A DNA stretch of 64,000 nt from an uncultured delta proteobacterium (lineage in GTDB: Bacteria; Myxococcota_A; UBA9160; SMWR01), in the NCBI GenBank assembly GCA_963832165.1, contig CAWHTE010000002.1, positions 128,001 to 192,000 of the forward strand. Direction: 5' to 3'. Made by a program: the position numbers and the translations under genes. Below the pieces are notes generated by a model that was not told the origin of the DNA, made no database searches, and saw only the letters and a program-made list of their open reading frames with translations. This document shows, piece by piece, positions 42,695 through 52,740 of the stretch (position 1 is the stretch's first letter; each line of letters opens with the position of its first letter).

Positions 42695-44414
42695 CGCGAT
42701 CCTCTGCGGGTGTGGCGGGCAGCCGCACGCGGAAGACCGTGCCGTTTCCGAGCGTCGACTCCACCTGGATCTCGCCGCCGTGGCTGGCCACGATCTGGTG
42801 CGCGATGCCGAGTCCGAGTCCGGTGCCCTCGCCGACGGGCTTGGTGGTGAAGAACGGATCGAAGATGCGATCGATCAGCTCGGGCGGGATCCCGCAGCCG
42901 TCATCGGCCACCGACACGATCACGTGATCGCCGTCCGGGCGCGTCGCGACGAGCACGTGGCCGCCCGCCTCGACGGCCTGGGCCGCATTCACGACCAGGT
43001 TCAGGAACACCTGCCGGAGCTGCTGGGGCGCGCAGACGACCGGCGGCAGCGTCTCGTCGTACTCGCGCAGCACGTTCACGCGGCTGCGCAGCTGCGCGGA
43101 CGCGACGTGGAGCACGTCTTCGAGCAGCGGCCGCAGGTCGGTGGACTCACGCGTGGCGCTGCCCGCGTGAGCGAAGCTCCTCACGCTGCGGACGATCTCC
43201 GCGGCGCGATCGACGCCCTCGATCGTTTCCTCGAACAGCGCGTCGACGTCGCCCAGCAGCTCGGCCTGCTCGGGGTCTGCCGGAAGCAACCGCAGCTCCT
43301 TCCAGATCTCCTCGAGCTGAGAGAGATTGGATCGCACGAACGCGAGCGGGTTGTTGATCTCGTGGGCGATTCCGGCCGCGAGCTCACCCACCGCGGCGAG
43401 CCGCGCCGACGTGAGCAGCTGGCGGCGCAGGTCGGCGACCTCGCGCAGATCGCGCACCACGAGCACGCGCCCGAGCGCAGCCCCGATCGGATCACACAGC
43501 GGCGCCGAGCTCACGGAGACCGGCAGGAGCTGGCCCGTAGCGGTTTGCAGCTCGGCGCGCTCGGGCTGCTCCGGGTTCCAGGCCAGCAGATCGTCGATCG
43601 CGACGCCCGCGAGCGCCGGCGTGGGCTGCCCGGACAGCTTGCCGAGACTCGGGTTCGCAAGGCGAATGCGCTCGTCCATGCCGAGCAGCGCCACGCCGTC
43701 GGGAAGGATGTCGAGGATCTCGGTGGCGAGCTGACCGGGCTCGAGCGGCGAATGGCCGAGCCTCCCGCGCAGCCACAGCGCGAGCACGGCCAGCGGCGCG
43801 AAGGCCGCAGGGGCCAGGCCCGGCGAGGACACACCGCACAGCGGCAGCAGCACGTCGACCGCGGCGACGAGCGCGACCGGCAGAATGACCGCGAAGCTGA
43901 TCGATCGCCATTGGCGATTCTCGTCCATGGAGCGCAGCGCCCGGGCGCGCCGCCCGATCGCCACGCCGAGCACGCCTCCCGCGACGTTCGAGAGCGATGC
44001 GGCCGCGAACAGCGGGCCCGGTACGACGCCCCAGCCAAAGCTCGCGCTGCGCACGTCCGCGATCACCCACGGCGTGGCGAGCGCGATGCCCAGGCCCGTG
44101 AGCGACAGCGCGGACAAGCCCCACGCGGCGTGCTCCATCCAGCGCTTGCGCGGCCCGGAGGCATCAATGAACACCCACAGGCACAGCGGGCCCAGGAAGA
44201 TCCAGCCCGGGGTCGCCGCGCGCGCGACCCAGAGCGCGATCGCGGGGTCCACCTGCAGATGGAGCACGAGCTGACACGCGCCCCAGAACGCCAACGCGAA
44301 CAGCGCCAGTGACGCGGCGCGACCGCTGCGGTCGCTCGACTGCGCGATCATCCCTCCCGCGCACGCCGCGCACGCGAGCACGGAAGCAGCGATGACTAGC
44401 AGGTAAGGATGCAA
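42687..44414 (-). CDS. Sensor histidine kinase with N-terminal multi-TM region and PAS domain
   Basis: AGIAHEINNPL, QVFLNLVVNA, DDGCGI and FDPFFTTKPVGEGTGLGL motifs; TTG 44414 after GGGAG preferred, ATG 44438 is an alternative. Confidence 0.92.
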   Translation of the reverse strand: MHPYLLVIAASVLACAACAGGMIAQSSDRSGRAASLALFALAFWGACQLVLHLQVDPAIALWVARAATPGWIFLGPLCLWVFIDASGPRKRWMEHAAWGLSALSLTGLGIALATPWVIADVRSASFGWGVVPGPLFAAASLSNVAGGVLGVAIGRRARALRSMDENRQWRSISFAVILPVALVAAVDVLLPLCGVSSPGLAPAAFAPLAVLALWLRGRLGHSPLEPGQLATEILDILPDGVALLGMDERIRLANPSLGKLSGQPTPALAGVAIDDLLAWNPEQPERAELQTATGQLLPVSVSSAPLCDPIGAALGRVLVVRDLREVADLRRQLLTSARLAAVGELAAGIAHEINNPLAFVRSNLSQLEEIWKELRLLPADPEQAELLGDVDALFEETIEGVDRAAEIVRSVRSFAHAGSATRESTDLRPLLEDVLHVASAQLRSRVNVLREYDETLPPVVCAPQQLRQVFLNLVVNAAQAVEAGGHVLVATRPDGDHVIVSVADDGCGIPPELIDRIFDPFFTTKPVGEGTGLGLGIAHQIVASHGGEIQVESTLGNGTVFRVRLPATPAEDRVS

Positions 44415-44436
44415 TGCAAGGGCTCCCGCCGTCTGC

Positions 44437-44462
44437 ATCGGCCCATCCGCACCCCTGCTTGA
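44437..44462 (-). promoter_or_regulatory. Putative sigma28-like promoter
   Basis: TCAAG-N15-GCCGAT. Confidence 0.5.
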
Positions 44463-44468
44463 TCCGGG

Positions 44469-45503
44469 TCAATTTGCCGCGAGGAGCTCTCCGGCGGCCT
44501 CGATCGCGCGTTCGGGCGCCAGGCGCACCAGGCAGCGCTGATCCTTGATCGGACACACGCTGCGTCCGCACGGACGGCAAGCGACGTCCTCGAACAGCAC
44601 CCGCTGGCGTTCGAGCAGATGGGCGGTGTGGCGCGGATCGGTCGGGCCCATGAGCGTGACGACGGGGCGCCCGAGCGCGACGGCGACGTGCCGCGGGCCC
44701 GTGTCGTTGGTGAGCACGAGCGCCGCGCGCGCGACGATCGCCACGAAGACTTCGAGCGAGGGGTCGGGCTCGAGCAGCACCACGTGCCGTTCCGTCATCG
44801 CCTCGGAAACGCGGCGCGCGATCGCGATCTCCTGGGCGTTCGGCGCGGGCGCCACCACCGGAAGCAGGCCGTGGCGCCGCCGCAGCTCGTCGCAGGCGCG
44901 TGCGAAGTGCTCCGGCGGCCACAGCTTGCTCACGCCATAGGCGGCGCCGGGCGTGACCAGCAGCACCGGATCGCTGCGCCCGACGCCCGCGCGCTCGAGC
45001 AGCGCGTCGGCCCGCGCCTGCGCGTCGTCGTGCACGTGGAGCTCGAGCGCGTCGCCCGCATCGCGCACGCCGAGCGCGCGCACGAGGCGCAGATAGCGCT
45101 CGATCATCGAGATCGCGACGCGCTGCCCGCGCGCGCGCGGCGGATCGATCGCCTGGCTCAGCAGGAAGCGGCGCAGCGGATCGCGCGCGTAGCCGATCCG
45201 GATCGGCACGCGCGCCGCGAACGGGTCGAGCGCGGCGCGCGCCGAATCGGGCAGCAGCAGCGCTGCGTCGAACTGATGGCTGCGCAGCTCGCGCGCGCGC
45301 TCGGCGACGTCGCGCAGCCGCAGCCCGCGCAGCGGCACGAACGCGTCGAAGTTCTGGTTCCCGCGCAGCAGGCCCTCGTGATGCGGCGGCCCGAGCACTG
45401 CGATTTCCGTCTCGGGGAGACCCCGCCGCAGCGCGCGCAGCGCGGGCGTGGCCATCACCGCATCGCCGAGCGGATTCGGAAGCCGCACCAACAGGCGCCG
45501 CAT
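44469..45503 (-). CDS. waaF: Glycosyltransferase family 9, LPS heptosyltransferase II-like
   Basis: RLPNPLGDAVM, PGAAYGVSKLWP, NDTGPRHVA and CRPC motifs. Confidence 0.85.
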   Translation of the reverse strand: MRRLLVRLPNPLGDAVMATPALRALRRGLPETEIAVLGPPHHEGLLRGNQNFDAFVPLRGLRLRDVAERARELRSHQFDAALLLPDSARAALDPFAARVPIRIGYARDPLRRFLLSQAIDPPRARGQRVAISMIERYLRLVRALGVRDAGDALELHVHDDAQARADALLERAGVGRSDPVLLVTPGAAYGVSKLWPPEHFARACDELRRRHGLLPVVAPAPNAQEIAIARRVSEAMTERHVVLLEPDPSLEVFVAIVARAALVLTNDTGPRHVAVALGRPVVTLMGPTDPRHTAHLLERQRVLFEDVACRPCGRSVCPIKDQRCLVRLAPERAIEAAGELLAAN

Positions 45504-45530
45504 CAGCAACGAGGCCGACTCGTCGGCCGA

Positions 45531-45554
45531 CGCGCAGCGAGCCGAAGGCGAGCG
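45531..45554 (+). repeat. Dispersed repeat core CGCGCAGCGAGCCGAAGGCGAGCG
   Basis: 24-nt exact match to 10544-10567. Confidence 0.8.
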
Positions 45555-45579
45555 GAAGCGGGCCCCTGCATGGGTGGGC

Positions 45580-46800
45580 CTACAGGAAGAAGTCGAAGCG
45601 CTCGTCGCCGGGCTCGATCGAGAACGTTTCGCGCGGATCTTCGATCATCTTCTCGAGCCACCAGTTGACGCCGTTGTAGAGGCAGGTGACCTCGCGGCAT
45701 TCGTGACTCGCGTCGAAGCGGTCCATCAGGTCGGTGAGCTGCCCGGCCGTGAGCTTCGCCATCGCCTCGTCCGCGAACGCGTCGGCGCCGGCGATCCGCG
45801 CCTTCTCGACGCCGCGGTGTGCCGGGCAGTTGAACGTGCCCATCGGAGTAAGCACCTGGCGCAGCGCCTGCATGTGGCACACGCGCGGTTGATGCGTGTA
45901 CTCGCGCCAGCTGCCCTCCTCGAGCACGCGCAGGTTCGTGCTCACGCGCACCTTGAAGGTCGGGGTCTCGAGCAGCTTCGCCTTGTCTACCTCGGCGCGG
46001 ATCCGCGCGATCGTGCGCTCGAGGTTCTCGGCGGCCTGCGGGTCCATCACTTCCGCGCCTTCTTCTCCGCGCTCGAGCACAGGCTTCAGCGCGATGTAGT
46101 CGAAGCCGTAGCGGCGCGCGCGCTCGGTGGCCATCACCACCTCGTGGATGTTCTCGTTGATCGCGACGTCCTCGCGCGTCGCGCCACCCCAGACGATGAT
46201 GTACGAGAAGCCGAGCTGGAACTTCGGATTGCGCTCTTTGATCTTGGGGATCCACTCGCAGATCTCGTCGAGCGTGAGGGACTTCTTCACGGGCTTGTGC
46301 ATCGCGCGGAACAGCTCGTCGCTGCCCGAGTCGAGCGAGAGGCGCACCCAGTCGCGCTCGTCGAGCACGTCGGCCACTTCGAGCAGCTTGTCGCCGCGGC
46401 TTCCGTTCGAGACCACCGCGATCTGGAGATCGAGATCCTTCAGGAAGCGCACGAAGTCGGAGAAGCCAGGGTAGATCGTCGGCTCGCCGCCGCCGATCAG
46501 GATCACCGAGCGCAGCCCGCGCTCGACCATCGTGTTGATCGACGAGCGCAGCGTCTCCTCGTCGTGGCGGTGTTTAGTGTTGAGGATGTCCCAGTCGATG
46601 CAGTGGTCGCAGCGGTAGTTGCAGGCCGTGGTGAGATCGAGGTTGATCGAGATCGGAGCGATCGCGGGCGGCTCCGGGTCGGGGCGTCCGACCGCGCGCG
46701 CGTGGCGCAGCTCGCGGCGCCAACCGATGTACGCGGAGAGATGCTCGCGCAGCGAAGGCTGGCGCAGCTTCCCGGTGAAATCGTGGATTGCCTCGGTCAA
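45580..46800 (-). CDS. Radical SAM protein with C-terminal Cys-rich (twitch/SPASM-like) domain
   Basis: CNYRCDHC, GGGEPT and RLSLDSG motifs; C-terminal CHMQ...FNC...CREVTC. Confidence 0.9.
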   Translation of the reverse strand: MTEAIHDFTGKLRQPSLREHLSAYIGWRRELRHARAVGRPDPEPPAIAPISINLDLTTACNYRCDHCIDWDILNTKHRHDEETLRSSINTMVERGLRSVILIGGGEPTIYPGFSDFVRFLKDLDLQIAVVSNGSRGDKLLEVADVLDERDWVRLSLDSGSDELFRAMHKPVKKSLTLDEICEWIPKIKERNPKFQLGFSYIIVWGGATREDVAINENIHEVVMATERARRYGFDYIALKPVLERGEEGAEVMDPQAAENLERTIARIRAEVDKAKLLETPTFKVRVSTNLRVLEEGSWREYTHQPRVCHMQALRQVLTPMGTFNCPAHRGVEKARIAGADAFADEAMAKLTAGQLTDLMDRFDASHECREVTCLYNGVNWWLEKMIEDPRETFSIEPGDERFDFFL

Positions 46801-47759
46801 GGGGCCTCCTGCTGGAGGTAGGCGCTGGCGAGCTCCGAGAGGAGTCGCATGCGCTGCTCGATGATTCGTGCTCGGGAGGTTCGATCACCTTGGTCCGGTG
46901 TGCGCAGACGCGCGACGAAATCCGCGACCAGGGTGGAGAGGGGGTCGTCCAGCGGGACGATTCGGTCGGAGGAAGCGAAAGATAGCCGGTAGGTCTCCGG
47001 AGCGACCACACGCCGCGCAGTGCGGCCGTCGATCTCGATGGCGGCGCGGCGCGGCAGCTCTTCGGAGCTCGAGAGCGCGACCTCGACCGCGCAGCTATTT
47101 CCACCGGATCGGTAGCGAAATCGGAGAGTTAGCGGCGCGTCTCCGATCGGCTGCGGGTCGATGCGGAACTCGTCGACCGCGGGCTCGGGGCCCGGCAGGA
47201 GCGCCTGGAGCAGCGAGAGCGGGTGGGAGAGCGAGTCGCCGAGCGCGCCGAGCCCGCGCGAGGCGGGCTGCAGCTCCATGCGGAAGCTGCGCGGCGGGTC
47301 CGCGAGCGATCCGGGGTGAAGGCGCTCGAACGCGGGCAGCGCGAACGGCCACTGGCAGTTCTCGTAGAGCAGGAGGTCCCGCTGCGCGAAGGCCGCAGTG
47401 ATCTCCGCGGCGCGCTCGGCGAACGCGGGCTCGCCCCACACGAGCGGCTTCTCGCACAGCACCGGCAGACCGCGGCGCGCCGCGCGCCTCAGGTGTTCGA
47501 GGTGCGATTCCGCGGGCGACAGGATCGCGATCGCGTCGAGCGGCTGCTCGTCGAGCATCCGATCCACGTCGATGTAGCCGCGCGGTGACACTCGAGCGTG
47601 TCGCTCGATCTCGGCGAGCGCGGGCGCGAGCGCGCGCTCGGAGGTGACCGAGAAGCACGGCACCGCAGCGCCCGCGGCGGTCAGGTCGCGCGCCACGAAC
47701 GGTCCGAGCCCCTGCCGCACGCGCCGAGCGCCGATGATCCCCACACGCGGCGCGCTCAC
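46797..47759 (-). CDS. Gfo/Idh/MocA family oxidoreductase
   Basis: RVGIIGA, LDAIAILSPAESH and VLCEKPL motifs. Confidence 0.8.
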   Translation of the reverse strand: MSAPRVGIIGARRVRQGLGPFVARDLTAAGAAVPCFSVTSERALAPALAEIERHARVSPRGYIDVDRMLDEQPLDAIAILSPAESHLEHLRRAARRGLPVLCEKPLVWGEPAFAERAAEITAAFAQRDLLLYENCQWPFALPAFERLHPGSLADPPRSFRMELQPASRGLGALGDSLSHPLSLLQALLPGPEPAVDEFRIDPQPIGDAPLTLRFRYRSGGNSCAVEVALSSSEELPRRAAIEIDGRTARRVVAPETYRLSFASSDRIVPLDDPLSTLVADFVARLRTPDQGDRTSRARIIEQRMRLLSELASAYLQQEAP

Positions 47760-48880
47760 GTTGCACCTCGCGCGGGCTCGGGCTCCGCGAGGATCTCGCG
47801 GTAGAGCGCTTCGTACGAAGAGACCATCTGCTCGGCCAGGAACTGTTTCGCCACGCGCGCCGCGCCTGCGGCACCGAGGCGCCGCGCGAGCGCGGAGTCG
47901 GGGAGCAGCCGCTCGAGCGCGGCCGCGAGTGCGGCGGCGTCTCCGGGCGGAACCAGGAGCCCCGTCTCTTCGGGGATCACGATCTCGGCGAGTCCGCCGA
48001 CCGCCGACGCGACGACGGGCCGACTGCGCGCCATCGCCTCGAGCGCCGCCACGCCGAGCCCTTCCTTGCGCGAGGGGAGCGCGAACACGTCGCAGGCTTC
48101 GAGCAGATCGGGCACGTCGCTGCGGCGCCCGAGGAAGCGCACGTGCTCCGCGAGCCCGCGCCGTGCCGCGTCGGCCTCGAGTGTGCCGCGCTCCGGACCG
48201 TCACCCGCGATCCAGAGTGTGTGGTGCACGCGCGGCGCGAGCTGCGCGCACGCCGCGAGCAGCACGTCGACTCCCTTGCGGTGAACGAGGTTCGCGGCGA
48301 CGAGGACGCACGGCAGATCGGGCGCCGCGCCGAGTTGCGCGCGCACGGACTCTCGCGAGGCGCTGGGCTGGAGCTTCGCCGGATCGACCGCGCTCCAGAT
48401 CACGCGGATCTGCTGCGCATCGACGCCGGCCTCGCGCAGGCGCCGCTCGACCGCGGGCGAAATCGCAGCCACGCGCCGCAGCAGATGCCGGTACAGCCAG
48501 CGCGTGCGCGGACCGCGCTTCACGCGCCGATCCATGCGCCGCGTCGAGAGCGCGGGCACGCGCGCCCAGCACGCGGCGAGTCCGCCGAGCCAGTTCGCGC
48601 GCCCCGTGTGACAGTGCACGAGCGCGGGGGAGTGCCGGCGCAGCGCTGCGGCGATCCGGCGCGTTGCGAAGAGCGAGAGATCATTTCGCATCGCGACGCA
48701 CTCGACCGGAAAGCCGCGCTGGCGCGCCTCGCGCTCGGCGGCGCTACCCGGCGGGCACACGAGCAGATTCGCGTGTCCGCGCGCGCGCAGCCCCTCCATG
48801 AGCAGGAACACCTGCACCTCTCCGCCCGAGAAGCCGCTCTCGCCCGTGACGTGCGCGATGTGCAGCGGTGTCGTCGTCAC
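47756..48880 (-). CDS. Glycosyltransferase family 4
   Basis: SGGEVQV, RKGVDVLL and PSRKEGLGVAALEAMA motifs. Confidence 0.92.
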   Translation of the reverse strand: MTTTPLHIAHVTGESGFSGGEVQVFLLMEGLRARGHANLLVCPPGSAAEREARQRGFPVECVAMRNDLSLFATRRIAAALRRHSPALVHCHTGRANWLGGLAACWARVPALSTRRMDRRVKRGPRTRWLYRHLLRRVAAISPAVERRLREAGVDAQQIRVIWSAVDPAKLQPSASRESVRAQLGAAPDLPCVLVAANLVHRKGVDVLLAACAQLAPRVHHTLWIAGDGPERGTLEADAARRGLAEHVRFLGRRSDVPDLLEACDVFALPSRKEGLGVAALEAMARSRPVVASAVGGLAEIVIPEETGLLVPPGDAAALAAALERLLPDSALARRLGAAGAARVAKQFLAEQMVSSYEALYREILAEPEPARGAT

Positions 48881-49767
48881 GCGTCGCAGCGGATCAGCGC
48901 CCGCAGCGCGTCGGGCGTGATCGTGTAGGACTCCGCGCAGAACTCGCAGCGCACCTCGAGCGCCTCGCCCGCCTGCGCCGAGCGCGCGATCTCCTCCTCG
49001 CCTAGCAACCGGACCGCGTTGGCGACGCGATCCTGGTTGCAGTTGCAGCGGAACGCGACCTCGCTCTCGACGCGTTCGCGGCTGCCGAGGCCTTCGAGCA
49101 GCCGGAGTGCGAGCTCGTGCGCGTCGCAGCCGGCGGCCACGAGCTCGGAGGGCAGCGAGGTGGCGCGTACGTTCTGCTCGGCGCGCCGCGTCTCCTCGTC
49201 GCTCGCGCCCGGCAGCGCGTGCACGAGGTACCCGGCCGCCGCGGCAATTCCATTCTCACCGGCCTCCTGCACGCCCAGCCCCACCGCGGTGCGGCTCTGC
49301 TCGCTCTCGTGCAGGTAGTGCGTGAGGTCGCGCGCGATCGTGCCGTACACGATCTGAACCACGCCGGTGTAGGGCGGCTGGCCCGGCCGCTGGCGCACCA
49401 CGGTGAGCACCCCGGCGCCGATCGCGCTGTGAACGTCGAGCTCGCCGTTCACGCGCGGCGGATGGGCGCGCGGCCGCACCACATAGCCGCGCGCGCGGCC
49501 CGCATCGTCGGCGAGCGCCACGACGCCGCGCAGCGGTCCTTCGCCGCGAAACTGGATCTGCACGCTCTCGCCGCCCTTGCCGCCCGAGGCGAGCAGCAGC
49601 GCGCCGAGCAGTGTGCGCCCGAGCGCGGCAGTCGCCGTCGGCGAGGTGCCGTGTCGGCGCGCCGCCTCGGCGACGAGCCGAGTGCCCACGATCGCGCGCA
49701 CGGCGATGCCGCCGTCGCGGGAGATCGTCCGTACCAGCCGATCGGGCGCGCAGCGCTCGGGGTTCAA
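48877..49767 (-). CDS. hslO: Hsp33 redox-regulated chaperone
   Basis: ATAALGRTL, SEQ, FRCNC and CEFC zinc motif. Confidence 0.92.
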   Translation of the reverse strand: MNPERCAPDRLVRTISRDGGIAVRAIVGTRLVAEAARRHGTSPTATAALGRTLLGALLLASGGKGGESVQIQFRGEGPLRGVVALADDAGRARGYVVRPRAHPPRVNGELDVHSAIGAGVLTVVRQRPGQPPYTGVVQIVYGTIARDLTHYLHESEQSRTAVGLGVQEAGENGIAAAAGYLVHALPGASDEETRRAEQNVRATSLPSELVAAGCDAHELALRLLEGLGSRERVESEVAFRCNCNQDRVANAVRLLGEEEIARSAQAGEALEVRCEFCAESYTITPDALRALIRCDA

Positions 49768-49789
49768 CGCGACCTCGCTTCGGAGAGAA

Positions 49790-50998
49790 TCAGAAGAGGG
49801 TCGAAAACATCTCGGCGAGCCCGACGTAGTTTCCGGCCAGGCTGCCGAAGGTCGTGAGCAGGAAGACCAGGAAGATGCGGAGCAGCCGGTTCCGCCACCA
49901 CTGCAGTGGAGATCCGAAGTCGTCTGCGACCTGCTCGAACTCGCGCACGACCGGAGGCGCGAGGTAGGCCTGGAACAGCGCGAGTACGTGCCCCGCGCCG
50001 ATCACGGGCGAGAGCGTGGTGATCGGCGCGACACCGATCGACGACACCACGACGAGCGGATGCGCCAGCGCGAGCACCGCGCCGAGCGCGGTCAACCCCC
50101 CGTTGGCCGCGATCCAGAACAGAAGCTGATTGCCCGCGACGGATGCGCCGTGTTGGATGCCGATCCAGAAGAATGCGAGCAGGAGCAAGGCCGGCAGGCC
50201 GAAGCCCAACCACTTCCAGACCGCGGACACCGGAGGAATCTGGCAGATCGCGTCGATGTCGACTGCGCGCCGCTGCACGAGCGCCTCGCGGATGCCCGCG
50301 ACGTGCCCGGCGCCGATCACCGCGACGACCCGCTCGCCCTCGACCGCGAGGATCTTGTGCGCGAGATAGGCGTCGCGCTCGTCGATCAACGTCGTCTTCA
50401 CCGAGGGCAGCTCATTGCCGAGCTCGCGCATCAACTCGGAGATCACGTCCTGGTTGCGGATCCGCCGCAGCTCGTCCTCGGTGAGCTCGGGTCGGTCGAC
50501 CACGCTCGCGATCAACGCCGCGAGGAGCTTCGACTTGTTCCAGAGCGACATCGAGCCCCACGCGCGCCGCAGCGTCACGCGCACGTCGCGGTCGCACAGC
50601 GCCACGGGGATCTGGAGCCGCTCGGCCGTTCGCGCAGCCTCGAGCAGCTCGGTGCCCGGAATCACGCCGAGCGCACCGCCGAGCTTCTTCTGGTACGACG
50701 CGAGCACGAGATTCGCTAGCAGCGGCGCGAGCTGGCGCTGGCGGATCACCTGGCGCAGGTCGAGGTTCTCCCAGCGCTGGCGGTGTGACAGCGCTTCGAA
50801 GCGCTGCGAATCGAGCTCGATGCAGACGCAATCGGGGCGCTCCTTCTCGATCACCTCGCGCACGAGGTCGGCGGACTCGCGCGAGACGTGCGCGGTGCCC
50901 ACGAGGATGAACTCGCGCCCGTCGATCTCGAGCACGTGCACATCGGGCGGGTAGTCGCGCGCCGTTGCCACCGCGGGTTCGTCGCTCGAGGTCGTCAT
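49790..50998 (-). CDS. TraB/GumN (pheromone shutdown-like) family protein
   Basis: LVGTAHVSRES, CIELD, DRDVRVT, LIDERD and GAGHV motifs; C-terminal TMs. Confidence 0.9.
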   Translation of the reverse strand: MTTSSDEPAVATARDYPPDVHVLEIDGREFILVGTAHVSRESADLVREVIEKERPDCVCIELDSQRFEALSHRQRWENLDLRQVIRQRQLAPLLANLVLASYQKKLGGALGVIPGTELLEAARTAERLQIPVALCDRDVRVTLRRAWGSMSLWNKSKLLAALIASVVDRPELTEDELRRIRNQDVISELMRELGNELPSVKTTLIDERDAYLAHKILAVEGERVVAVIGAGHVAGIREALVQRRAVDIDAICQIPPVSAVWKWLGFGLPALLLLAFFWIGIQHGASVAGNQLLFWIAANGGLTALGAVLALAHPLVVVSSIGVAPITTLSPVIGAGHVLALFQAYLAPPVVREFEQVADDFGSPLQWWRNRLLRIFLVFLLTTFGSLAGNYVGLAEMFSTLF

Positions 50999-51115
50999 CG
51001 GGGTGCCACCCTAGCTCACCGGGCCACACTGGATCCGGGATCGCGCGCGTCTTCCCCGGGGGTGGCGCAACCCTCGTTCCCACTCCTTCCCGGACCCTGA
51101 TTGCCGCATTTCTGC

Positions 51116-51141
51116 TCATGATCTGCGTGCGCGTTGCCGAT
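51116..51141 (+). promoter_or_regulatory. Putative sigma28-like promoter
   Basis: TCATG-N15-GCCGAT, 12 nt before ATG 51154. Confidence 0.4.
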
Positions 51142-51153
51142 GGGTGGTAGGTC

Positions 51154-51726
51154 ATGCCTCAAAACACCCGCGGAATCGACGTCTCGAAGGAAGAAGAGCA
51201 GTACCTGCGCCACGCGTTCCGACGCTTCGCGCTCCCGTACGTGCTCGTGTTCGCGTTGGTGGCGTGGATTACCTCCACGGCAATGTCGTCGAGCGATGTG
51301 CCGGTCGGCTCGTCCGAGGATCTCTCTTCGCTGCACGAGGAGATGTCGTCGGTTCGGGAGTCGATCACCGCACTCGAGGGCCGCCTCGCGAAGTTCGACG
51401 CAGAGCTCGGGAAGGCCGTGGGCCGCGTCGGTGCGCTCGAAACCCGCAAGCCACCGACCCGCGCGGAAGCTCCGCCCAGCGCCGATAAGCTCGCGTCGCT
51501 CGAGCGCGCGCTGAAGGATTCGACGCGGCGTGTCGCCGAGCTTGAGCGGCGCGGTACCTCGACCTCGAAGGCGAGCGCGGACGAGCGGATCGATGCGCTC
51601 GTGGCGCGCATCCAGCGGATCGAGGCTGCGCGTTCGCCTGCACTCTCGCCCACGGCGCCCACGGCGCCCACCGCGCCCGCGCCGGCCGCACCGGCACCTG
51701 CACCGGGTCCCGCTCCCGCTCCGTGA
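51154..51726 (+). CDS. Membrane-anchored coiled-coil protein with Pro/Ala tail
   Basis: Single TM, heptad-like segments, (TAP)3 and PAPAP tail. Confidence 0.7.
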   Translation: MPQNTRGIDVSKEEEQYLRHAFRRFALPYVLVFALVAWITSTAMSSSDVPVGSSEDLSSLHEEMSSVRESITALEGRLAKFDAELGKAVGRVGALETRKPPTRAEAPPSADKLASLERALKDSTRRVAELERRGTSTSKASADERIDALVARIQRIEAARSPALSPTAPTAPTAPAPAAPAPAPGPAPAP

Positions 51727-51823
51727 TCCGAGCCGCGCCGCGGTAGACCGCGCGCTTGCATAAGCGGATCGCATTCGTAGCCTTGGGACCCAGGGCCCCA
51801 TCAGGCCCGGAGGTCCGATCGCC

Positions 51824-52711
51824 ATGAAACGCGTGCTGCTCTTCCTCGTCACGAACATCGCCGTGATGATCGTGCTCTCGATCAGCGCGACGCTGCTCGA
51901 GGGCTTCCTCGCCCGGCAGGGCATCCAGATCCCGCAGATGCAGCTGCTGGTGTTCGCCTTCGTGTTCGGCATGGGCGGCAGCTTCATCTCGCTGCTCATG
52001 TCGAAATGGATGGCGATCCGTCTGACGGGTGCGCAGGTGATCGATCAGCCCCGCAACGACGCCGAAGCGTGGCTCCTCCAGACCGTGTCCCATCAGGCGC
52101 AGGCGGCCGGGATCGGCGTGCCCACCGTCGCGATCTTCCCCTCGGACTCTCCCAATGCGTTTGCGACCGGTGCGCGGCGCGATAGCGCGCTCGTCGCAGT
52201 GAGCTCGGGGCTGCTCGCACAGATGAGGCGCGAAGAGGTCGAGGCGGTGCTCGGCCACGAGGTGTCGCACGTCGCGAACGGCGACATGATCACGCTCGCG
52301 CTGATCCAGGGCGTGCTGAACACATTCGTGCTCCTCTTGTCGCGGCTGATCGGCGGCGTCGTGGATCGCGTGGTGTTCCGGAACGAAGAGCGCGGTCACG
52401 GCATCGGTTACGTGGTAGTGGTGATCGCCGCGCAGATCATGCTCGGCATCCTCGCGAGCATCATCGTGATGTGGTTCTCGCGGCGCCGGGAATTCCGCGC
52501 CGATCAGGGGGGCGCGCGCCTGGCAGGGCGCGGCGCCATGATCGCAGCGCTGCGCAGGCTGAAGCAGGTGACCGAGACGGCGGGGACCCAGCCGCTCCCG
52601 CAGCAGATGCGCGCGTTCGGCATCACCGATCGGGGAGGCCTCATGCGGCTGTTCATGAGCCACCCGCCGCTCGAGGAGCGGATCGCCGCGCTCGAAACCG
52701 CCGCGCTGTAG
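51824..52711 (+). CDS. htpX: Protease HtpX (M48)
   Basis: PNAFATG, HEVSH, NGDM, SRRREFRAD and SHPPLEERI motifs; GGAGG RBS. Confidence 0.95.
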   Translation: MKRVLLFLVTNIAVMIVLSISATLLEGFLARQGIQIPQMQLLVFAFVFGMGGSFISLLMSKWMAIRLTGAQVIDQPRNDAEAWLLQTVSHQAQAAGIGVPTVAIFPSDSPNAFATGARRDSALVAVSSGLLAQMRREEVEAVLGHEVSHVANGDMITLALIQGVLNTFVLLLSRLIGGVVDRVVFRNEERGHGIGYVVVVIAAQIMLGILASIIVMWFSRRREFRADQGGARLAGRGAMIAALRRLKQVTETAGTQPLPQQMRAFGITDRGGLMRLFMSHPPLEERIAALETAAL

Positions 52712-52740
52712 GCGCAGCATCGGGTCGAGGGGCAATCCGC

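Noticed and set aside
49790..50998. TraB as evidence of a conjugative element
   Set aside because: This is the TraB/GumN (PrgY-like) family; no transfer, integrase or relaxase genes are nearby.
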